From IMG/VR virus record IMGVR_UViG_3300031133_000383, positions 122,635 to 186,634 of that record: a stretch of 64,000 nt of DNA. The stretch is one strand, 5' to 3'. Position numbers and translations under genes: made by a program. The stretch is from a virus. Lineage: Duplodnaviria; Heunggongvirae; Uroviricota; Caudoviricetes. Within the stretch, counting starts at the first letter, position 1, and every line of letters starts with the position of its first letter. Shown here one piece after another: positions 57,253 through 64,000 of the stretch. The notes under the pieces are model-generated. The model worked only from the letters and a program-made list of their open reading frames with translations. It did not search any database and was not told the origin of the DNA.

Positions 57253-58428
57253 ATGAACCTTGAAGAAACGCTCAAAAATCTAGAATCTAAATATGGTCAA
57301 AAACAAAAGGAGGATGTATATAAACCTTCTAATCATTATATTTCTTTGACTTTCCAAAAAGGTTCTATGCTTGAAAATCTTTTCTTGGCTGATCTGGATG
57401 GTATTGGTTTTGAAAAGGTATTGGAAGGTTCTCGTCAAACCTATTATCATTCTGCTACTTTTGAATACAAAGAAATTGAAAATATTCAAAAACTACTAAA
57501 AAATAAGAAAAATTTGTTACAAAAACCTTACTATGATATCACTTACGATTATGAAAATGTCAAATACAGTGATGTGATAAATTTAGGAAAGGCCAATTTT
57601 ACGCTGTCCATTTACCCTGATAGCGATAGAAAAAACAATATTGAACACAACAAGAAAATGGAAGATTATTACTCTAATCTGGCAAATTTTGAACAAAGGT
57701 TAATGACGAAAGATTTATTCAAAAACGCTTTTTGCTCTAATATGGTTAATACAGTGGTTGCTAATTTTGATACTAGGTCTCTTGTTCCTAATTTTATTAC
57801 TGAGCATCCTGTTCAGTCACTGGTTAATGAAATTTTTGATTTTACACTCAAACTGTGTGGTAGTCATATTATTGATATGCACTCTACTTCTCATGATCAT
57901 CTTTATATGCTGGATCATTCCATTGACAATGACAATACTGAAGCAAAGCATATTATGAACGCATTGAGAGACAAGCCAGATTATAAGTTTTATGATGCTT
58001 TACGTGCTGCCATTTCTGCTCGTTATATGGGAGTAGAGGATATTATTCCTTTGCATAATTACAAGGATATGAAGGTATTGTTTCCTAAAGAATATGACAC
58101 AACACAAGTAGCCAATGAAGATGGCGAAAGTATTGATTATTATTTGTCACGAGATTTCTTGATTGATCGACATGTTTCTCCATTGAATGAATTGACCAAT
58201 TTGATTGCAAAAACGGCTATTCAATATCTTCAAGTCAATAATGCTCATGACTTTCATGAAAAATTAATAGCCAATAATGCTTCAAGCAAAGAAATGGCAA
58301 CTATTGTTGTTGAATTCTTTAATAATCGAGTTGATTGGAGAGAATGGAAAACTGTGTTGAAAGATGAGTTGGTTCGTTCACCTTGTGTACCTATTGTTCA
58401 AATTAAAAGAAAAAATAATAAGCCTTGA
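57253..58428 (+). CDS. hypothetical protein, paralog of 53962
   Basis: GGAG SD; GFEKV, IAKTAI..VNNAHDFHE; ends IKRKNNKP. Confidence 0.8.
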   Translation: MNLEETLKNLESKYGQKQKEDVYKPSNHYISLTFQKGSMLENLFLADLDGIGFEKVLEGSRQTYYHSATFEYKEIENIQKLLKNKKNLLQKPYYDITYDYENVKYSDVINLGKANFTLSIYPDSDRKNNIEHNKKMEDYYSNLANFEQRLMTKDLFKNAFCSNMVNTVVANFDTRSLVPNFITEHPVQSLVNEIFDFTLKLCGSHIIDMHSTSHDHLYMLDHSIDNDNTEAKHIMNALRDKPDYKFYDALRAAISARYMGVEDIIPLHNYKDMKVLFPKEYDTTQVANEDGESIDYYLSRDFLIDRHVSPLNELTNLIAKTAIQYLQVNNAHDFHEKLIANNASSKEMATIVVEFFNNRVDWREWKTVLKDELVRSPCVPIVQIKRKNNKP

Positions 58429-58468
58429 TAAAGGCTTTTACTTATAAAAACTAAGGAGACTATATTAT

Positions 58469-59317
58469 ATGTTAGCAGGCATTATTGGAGATGTTATAGG
58501 TTCAGTATATGAAGGTAGACAATGGACTGTTCATGATCAAGAACTGATACAACCGCTTCCTGTGGATGATAGTAAAAGTCCACTATTATTGAAAAATACC
58601 AAATGGGTACGACCTGAATACTCATGGACGGATGATTCTTTGTGTACGCTAGCTTTATATTCTGCTTTTTTAAACAAACAGAATCCTACTACTGCACTTA
58701 TTTATTTTTGTAAAAAATATGAAACAGAGGCGACTGGTTTTGGCCGTAGCTTCAAGCAATGGATTAAAAATCCTGTGCCTTATCAATCATTTGGAAATGG
58801 CTCAATCATGAGAGTTGGTTTTATTCCCCATCTGAAAATTTCCCTACATGAAAAACTGCATATCGGTGTTGCATACACCAATATTTCCCATAATCATAGT
58901 GATAGTATTAATGCAGTTTTATCATTTATTAAGTTAACACATCAATTGATTAATGGTTCATTTATTGATATGGAAAATAAAAAATTAGTTTTGAAAAATA
59001 TACTGCTTAAAAATGGTTTTTATGAAACAGTTGAAAGTATGCATGCACTTAAAAAATTTGAAATAAATGCAATGACTACTTTTCTTCAAGCCTGTGCTAT
59101 TGTTTATGAAAGTAAAAATTTTGAAGATGTCTTAAAAAATAGTTTTTATGTAGGTGGCGACTCTGATACTTTAGCCTGTGTAGCCTGTAATATTGCAGAA
59201 CATATTTATCCAATACCCGCTCATCTACTTGAATATTCTTTAAAAACCTTTGAAAATTATCCTGAGTTGAATAACTTGATTCAGAGATTTCAGTCTTCTT
59301 GTTGTAAATTGAATTGA
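58469..59317 (+). CDS. ADP-ribosylglycohydrolase (DraG/ARH family)
   Basis: GIIGDVIGS.YE, WTDDS, GNGSIMRV, SHNH, GGDSDT. Confidence 0.9.
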   Translation: MLAGIIGDVIGSVYEGRQWTVHDQELIQPLPVDDSKSPLLLKNTKWVRPEYSWTDDSLCTLALYSAFLNKQNPTTALIYFCKKYETEATGFGRSFKQWIKNPVPYQSFGNGSIMRVGFIPHLKISLHEKLHIGVAYTNISHNHSDSINAVLSFIKLTHQLINGSFIDMENKKLVLKNILLKNGFYETVESMHALKKFEINAMTTFLQACAIVYESKNFEDVLKNSFYVGGDSDTLACVACNIAEHIYPIPAHLLEYSLKTFENYPELNNLIQRFQSSCCKLN

Positions 59318-59377
59318 TAGTATCTATTTTTCAATATTTTTGTTATAATACAGTCTTCTCTATAAAAAGGTATCTGT

Positions 59378-60034
59378 ATGTCATTGATTGATAATTTTGA
59401 AACGTTTAAAAAACATTTGGAATCTAATAAATTATTGATAGTCAATCTTCCTGATTTATTTGAGTGGATTCAATCTTTAGGTTATAAAGAGTTTGTAGAG
59501 AATTCTTTTGAAATTGGATTTTGTTATAATTTTTTTAAAATTGAAGACAATTATATTTCTTATTTGACGTTTGAAAAAGAAAATGATTTTTTTAAAATAA
59601 CAAAAAAAACAAAACTTATTAAAAATGATCAAATCATCTCTTTATTATTGGAAAACTTTGATAGTTTAGCTGTTAATAATCTACAACATCACATGCCAAC
59701 ATTTTCAGACCCGACAGAAATAGAATATAAACAATTACACCAGATTATAAAATGTGGTCAAAAAAATCAAATTTTAAAGAGAGTGACTAAAACCTATACA
59801 GGAGAGTATATTAGATACACTAAAGGTGCTGATAATGATTTCTATGTTTCTCTGATTGTTTTCAAAGAAAATATTGTTGTTTATATAGAATTCATAATCG
59901 ATAATCATGTGATTGATGGTTTTCAATTTATGGATATCATTTCTTTGGGATTGCCTACGATTGACAACTTCGAAGATTTTGAAAATTTAATTAAGCCAGA
60001 AGAACAAGTTATCATTAGAGCACTTTTAATTTAA
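59378..60034 (+). CDS. hypothetical protein, MxxPhi motif variant (Ala at -4)
   Basis: AAGGT SD; ends EEQVIIRALLI. Confidence 0.75.
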   Translation: MSLIDNFETFKKHLESNKLLIVNLPDLFEWIQSLGYKEFVENSFEIGFCYNFFKIEDNYISYLTFEKENDFFKITKKTKLIKNDQIISLLLENFDSLAVNNLQHHMPTFSDPTEIEYKQLHQIIKCGQKNQILKRVTKTYTGEYIRYTKGADNDFYVSLIVFKENIVVYIEFIIDNHVIDGFQFMDIISLGLPTIDNFEDFENLIKPEEQVIIRALLI

Positions 60035-60073
60035 GTTGTTTTTAAAGCAAAAAGTCTACGATTAGTCAGTTAT

Positions 60074-60101
60074 TTGACAAAATAAAAAAATATTATATAA
60101 T
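60074..60101 (+). promoter_or_regulatory. sigma70 promoter of dnaK
   Basis: TTGACA-N16-TATAAT. Confidence 0.7.
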
Positions 60102-60172
60102 TATCTTCAAGATAGTGTTGTCTTCGGAGACACTTCTTAAACCAAACAAATTCTGCCTAAAGGGGGTTTATT

Positions 60173-62074
60173 ATGAGTAAAGTTATTGGTATAGATCTAG
60201 GTACAACAAATTCTTGTGTATCAATTTTCGAAAATGGGAAACAAAAAGTTATTGAAAACTCAGAGGGAGCAAGAACTACTCCATCTATTGTTTCTTACAG
60301 TAAAGAAGGTGAAACGTTAGTTGGGCAACCAGCTAAAAGACAATCTATCACAAATCCAACACAGACATTTTATGCTATCAAACGTTTAATCGGACGTAAA
60401 TTTGATGAATCCGTTGTTCAAAAAGATGTAGATTTAGTGCCTTACACAATTGTTAAGGCTGATAATGGTGATGCATGGGTTGACGTTAAAGGTAAAAAGA
60501 CTTCACCACAACAAATTTCTGCTGAAGTCTTGAAAAAAATGAAAAAGACTGCAGAAGACTATCTAGGTGAACCTGTTACAGAAGCAGTGATTACAGTACC
60601 TGCTTACTTTAATGATAGTCAAAGACAAGCAACCAAAGATGCAGGCCGTATTGCGGGTCTCGATGTCAAACGTATTATCAACGAACCGACTGCTGCAGCT
60701 TTAGCCTATGGAATGGACAAATTGAAAAAAGACAGCACTATTATCGTTTATGACTTAGGCGGTGGTACTTTTGACGTGTCTGTCATTGAAATAGCTGATG
60801 TCGAAGGTGATTCTCAGTTTGAGGTATTATCTACCAATGGCGATACGTTTTTAGGTGGTGAAGACTTTGATAACAAATTGATTGACTATATTGTTTCAGA
60901 GTTCAAAAAAGAAAGTGGTTTTGATATTAAACAAGATCCACTTGCCATGCAACGAGTCAAAGATGCTGCTGAAAAAGCCAAGATTGAATTGTCATCTACT
61001 CAACAAACCGACATAAATCTTCCTTATGTTACAGCGGATCAGTCAGGGCCTAAACACTTGAATATGATTATTACCCGTGCCAAGTTTGAATCTTTGGTCG
61101 AAGATTTGGTTAAAAGAACTTTAGAGCCATGTAAAACTGCATTAAAAGATTCAGGTCTTGATCTTTCTAAAATTGATGAAATCATTTTAGTAGGTGGTCA
61201 AACTCGTATGCCATTGGTACAAAAAGTGGTGGCTGAATTTTTTAACAAAGAACCTCGTAAAGACGTTAATCCTGATGAGGCTGTTGCTATTGGTGCCGCT
61301 ATCCAAGCGGGTGTTATCACAGGCGATGTGAAAGATGTATTATTGTTGGATGTGACTCCATTGACATTGGGTATTGAAACGTTAGGTGGTGTATTTACAG
61401 GATTGATTCCAAAAAATACAACTATCCCTACTAAAAAGACAGAGATCTGTTCAACGGCTGTTGATAATCAAAGTGCTGTTACCATTCACGTATTGCAGGG
61501 TGAGCGAGCAAAAGCTGAAAATAATAAATCTTTAGGTCGTTTCGATTTAAGAGATATTAGCCCAGCACCAAAAGGAGTTCCACAGATTGAAATTACTTTT
61601 GATATTGATGCAAATGGTATATTGAATGTATCAGCAAAAGATAAACTGACAGGAAAAAGTCAGTCAGTTGTTATAAAGGCGAATTCTGGATTAAGTGAGG
61701 ATGAAATCAATCAAATGATTCGTGATGCTGAAAAGAACAAGGCTGATGATGTTAAATTCTCTGAACTGGCAGATAGCCGTAATAAAGCTGACCATATGAT
61801 TCATGAAGCAAAGAAAGTGCTTAATGAACCAGATGTGGCAAGTAATGATAGACTTGAACTTGAAAACGCCATTTCAGATTTGAATTCAGTCTTAAAGACA
61901 GGTTCTAAAGCAGAATTGGATGCTCGTCATTCCAAGCTTGAAAAAGTTTTGCATGATATTGCTAACAAACGTTATCAATCAGGAGCACAGCCACAAGAAT
62001 CATACAAGAATGATGCAGGCAACTCATCTTCACCTGATGATTCAATTGATGCTGAGTTTGAAGAAGTTAAGTAA
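60173..62074 (+). CDS. dnaK: Hsp70 chaperone DnaK
   Basis: [39 protein letters not shown]-terminal DAEFEEVK. Confidence 0.98.
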   Translation: MSKVIGIDLGTTNSCVSIFENGKQKVIENSEGARTTPSIVSYSKEGETLVGQPAKRQSITNPTQTFYAIKRLIGRKFDESVVQKDVDLVPYTIVKADNGDAWVDVKGKKTSPQQISAEVLKKMKKTAEDYLGEPVTEAVITVPAYFNDSQRQATKDAGRIAGLDVKRIINEPTAAALAYGMDKLKKDSTIIVYDLGGGTFDVSVIEIADVEGDSQFEVLSTNGDTFLGGEDFDNKLIDYIVSEFKKESGFDIKQDPLAMQRVKDAAEKAKIELSSTQQTDINLPYVTADQSGPKHLNMIITRAKFESLVEDLVKRTLEPCKTALKDSGLDLSKIDEIILVGGQTRMPLVQKVVAEFFNKEPRKDVNPDEAVAIGAAIQAGVITGDVKDVLLLDVTPLTLGIETLGGVFTGLIPKNTTIPTKKTEICSTAVDNQSAVTIHVLQGERAKAENNKSLGRFDLRDISPAPKGVPQIEITFDIDANGILNVSAKDKLTGKSQSVVIKANSGLSEDEINQMIRDAEKNKADDVKFSELADSRNKADHMIHEAKKVLNEPDVASNDRLELENAISDLNSVLKTGSKAELDARHSKLEKVLHDIANKRYQSGAQPQESYKNDAGNSSSPDDSIDAEFEEVK

Positions 62075-62090
62075 TCATGTAGTTGATGTT

Positions 62091-62117
62091 AAAAAAGCCT
62101 CATAAGAGGCTTTTTTT
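62091..62117. terminator. bidirectional intrinsic terminator
   Basis: AAAAAAGCCTC-ataa-GAGGCTTTTTT. Confidence 0.85.
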
Positions 62118-62132
62118 ATACTTTGATGTTGA

Positions 62133-62702
62133 TTATGATCTAGCTAGTGTAGAATTGGAATAGGCATGGTTACCTGTTACTTCTTCCCCCAACCAGTCAG
62201 GCAATGGAACAGTCTCACCCAATGAAGGGGTTTCAACTTCCGCCAGTTTTAGACCTAGATGTTTACCTTTAAAAATATCAATCTCAAATACATAATTTTC
62301 AATTGGCACCTCATGACGAGTTTTTTCAATAAAAGAATCACATAACGCTTTCAAGTCATTATATTCTTTTTCAGTGAGTCCTTCTAGTGGCTCTACTTCA
62401 ATTTGACTACCTACTACACCAATATCAATTTTCAAAGTGAGAATAAGTTTTTCACCCTTGATACGAATACGAAGCACTTTTTCTTCACGATGAAGATTTT
62501 TATCTAAAAGAATAGACTCTTCTTCGGTTATATTTTTTCGAATAGTGAGAGTGGATGTTGTGATAATCAGTTTGTTAGCACGAGTCTTAATAATAACCTT
62601 GGACAAATCGACATAGCCTTGTTCGATTTCTTCTGTTTTATTAACAGATTTTTTCCAGTCATCATTTTTCAATAGAAATTTACGTTCATTTTCAAAAGCC
62701 AT
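62133..62702 (-). CDS. CYTH-domain (triphosphate tunnel metalloenzyme) protein
   Basis: ENERKFLL, IEQGY, LRIR, IEKTR, EIDIF, LAEVE, WLGEEVTG..YSN. Confidence 0.9.
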   Translation of the reverse strand: MAFENERKFLLKNDDWKKSVNKTEEIEQGYVDLSKVIIKTRANKLIITTSTLTIRKNITEEESILLDKNLHREEKVLRIRIKGEKLILTLKIDIGVVGSQIEVEPLEGLTEKEYNDLKALCDSFIEKTRHEVPIENYVFEIDIFKGKHLGLKLAEVETPSLGETVPLPDWLGEEVTGNHAYSNSTLARS

Positions 62703-62764
62703 AAGTTATACTCCAAGTTGTTTAATTCCAAGAGTATAACGCATTCATGATACTTAGACAACTG

Positions 62765-63331
62765 TTATTTTTCAGTAAGCGTATTGATTTTGTCAGAATA
62801 TTGAGACATTTGTTCTCTAGCAATAGAGTCTTTATGAATCGTGACATTTTTTACGAATTCTTTTGACAGTAAAATCACCGATAAATTCTTGTCTTGTGTA
62901 ATATTAGAAATAGTAATTTCAAAGTTGTCTTTTTCCATAATGATATAATCAGTGGTTGATCGGCTATAACTTTCTTTATAACCATTTGCAGCCAATGAAT
63001 CCTTTACAGCCAATAAAATAGAATATTTTTTGAATTCATTAATTTTATTTTTTGAGTCTGTTTCTGGAAAAATGGTTTCGTATGAATATACTTTGCCATC
63101 AAGTAGTGTGTATACGTACAAAGGATCATCGGCTTGCTGTCCTTTGATTTCAATAATATGCCAACCATCAGTGACCTGTTCAGGATATGTTTGCTCCATC
63201 CAAGCAGGTGCAGAACCATTTAGATATGTTTCATTAGAATAGATGGAAAACTTATTAGGTTCGACTTCATTTGCCATTACAAGATTTGCTACGAAAAAAA
63301 TTAGTGCAGTCATCATAATTTTTTTAATCAT
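62765..63331 (-). CDS. exported protein, paralog family with 25694 and 26500
   Basis: GGAG SD favours ATG 63331; signal peptide ending VMA; GKVYS, L...L...GY. Confidence 0.7.
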   Translation of the reverse strand: MIKKIMMTALIFFVANLVMANEVEPNKFSIYSNETYLNGSAPAWMEQTYPEQVTDGWHIIEIKGQQADDPLYVYTLLDGKVYSYETIFPETDSKNKINEFKKYSILLAVKDSLAANGYKESYSRSTTDYIIMEKDNFEITISNITQDKNLSVILLSKEFVKNVTIHKDSIAREQMSQYSDKINTLTEK

Positions 63332-63403
63332 CAATATAATCTCCATTTTTTTGTTGATATATCCTATACGAATCTAGAATAAAAAACAAGAGGCTTTCGC
63401 CTC

Positions 63404-64000
63404 TTACATATTGTTTTTCAACCGCGATTTGACAGATTTTGGATAACTATCAAGTTTTTCATCAATGTCTTTTTCAAATTTGTTGTTTTGTTTACGCAGT
63501 AATGATTCGGCATCTCTTTCTGCTTTTTTCTTTTCTGCTAAATTTTCCTGATTGTTCAGCATCACTTCCTTGTTATCAAGAATTTTGTTTAACTTTTCAA
63601 TACGAGCAAATAGTTTTTCTCTTTCTAAATAAGCATCTGATGTAGTAATTGCTTTTTTGATATTGTCCATAGCTTTTTCACGAATACTACGAGCTTGTTG
63701 TACCATATTTTCAAGTTCATCAATTTTATATTCTTTCGTTTTTTCTCGCAAAAATTGCTTAACATCTTTACTAGCGTTTTTAAGTGTTTCTTTCAGACTA
63801 AATTCTTGTTCCATAAAAGATTTTGAGAAATGAGATAGTACTTTATCAAAATCAAGGATCTTTTCAGCATTCAATGTTTTATTGAGAGCATTTAAAGTTG
63901 TTTTAAATTCTTCCATTTTCATTGGAATACCATATTTAATTTCGTTCTCTTTATCACCATATTTGATAGATGCTTCAACAGTTTGAGATTCTAGTGTTTT
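63404..64000 (-). CDS. coiled-coil protein, 5'-truncated by the window edge
   Basis: frame stays open from 63922 to 64000 (KTLESQTVEASIKYGDKENEIKYGIP-MKMEEF), so the true start may lie outside the window. Confidence 0.7.
   Translation of the reverse strand, partial: KTLESQTVEASIKYGDKENEIKYGIPMKMEEFKTTLNALNKTLNAEKILDFDKVLSHFSKSFMEQEFSLKETLKNASKDVKQFLREKTKEYKIDELENMVQQARSIREKAMDNIKKAITTSDAYLEREKLFARIEKLNKILDNKEVMLNNQENLAEKKKAERDAESLLRKQNNKFEKDIDEKLDSYPKSVKSRLKNNM

Noticed and set aside
60115-60172. RNA thermometer in the dnaK 5' UTR (AAACC/GGTTT near the SD; small GTCT/AGAC hairpin)
   Set aside because: Pairing over the SD is only about 5 bp and matches no known thermometer class; needs folding data.
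60173-62074. dnaK as evidence that the window is chromosomal
   Set aside because: No grpE/dnaJ or other core neighbours; surrounded by orphan and phage-type genes.
1-64000. Alternative genetic code (TAG read-through), prompted by in-frame TAGs at 41478 and in 36500-36760
   Set aside because: Long genes need no TAG read-through, and TAG ends 9564 and 46871 exactly at the conserved C-terminal motif, so TAG is a stop.
1-64000. tRNA, rRNA, transposase, integrase or virion genes
   Set aside because: No T-loop/cloverleaf signatures or diagnostic protein motifs seen by eye; a tRNAscan/Infernal run would be needed to exclude divergent RNAs.

Overview
A very AT-rich (roughly 28-30% GC by eye, not computed), gene-dense 64 kb stretch with about 85 mostly short genes. 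Most carry their own sigma70-type promoter, Shine-Dalgarno (SD) site and intrinsic terminator. I found no rRNA, tRNA, CRISPR array, transposase, virion, replication or core conjugation gene. The content fits the accessory / host-takeover region of a large mobile element (jumbo phage or megaplasmid; this window cannot decide which). Host-like genes (DnaK, two OprH-like barrels, PilZ-domain protein, Bfd, LTXXQ protein) resemble my recollection of Pseudomonas proteins. Recognisable enzymes: two MoxR-type AAA+/DUF2201-vWA modules (one ATPase fused to BRCT), four DEDDh exonuclease paralogs, NADAR, ADP-ribosylglycohydrolase, NUDIX, CYTH, ATP-grasp, a T7 gp0.7-like kinase, a degenerate PilT-like ATPase, and a diiron-oxidase/DUF3419 fusion paired with a GNAT. 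Main signals not explained by the ORF track: (1) at least 12 unrelated hypothetical proteins share a C-terminal motif with Met at -4 and usually a hydrophobic last residue; (2) an A_AAA_AAG slippery site followed by a 58-nt hairpin joins NADAR to a start-less DUF4326 frame, the layout of a programmed -1 frameshift; (3) two paralogous basic proteins each sit behind a 14-17 codon leader ORF whose stop lies in a hairpin enclosing the main gene's SD; (4) a triple tandem promoter array precedes a codon-biased AAA+/vWA module. All family calls come from motif recognition, not database searches.
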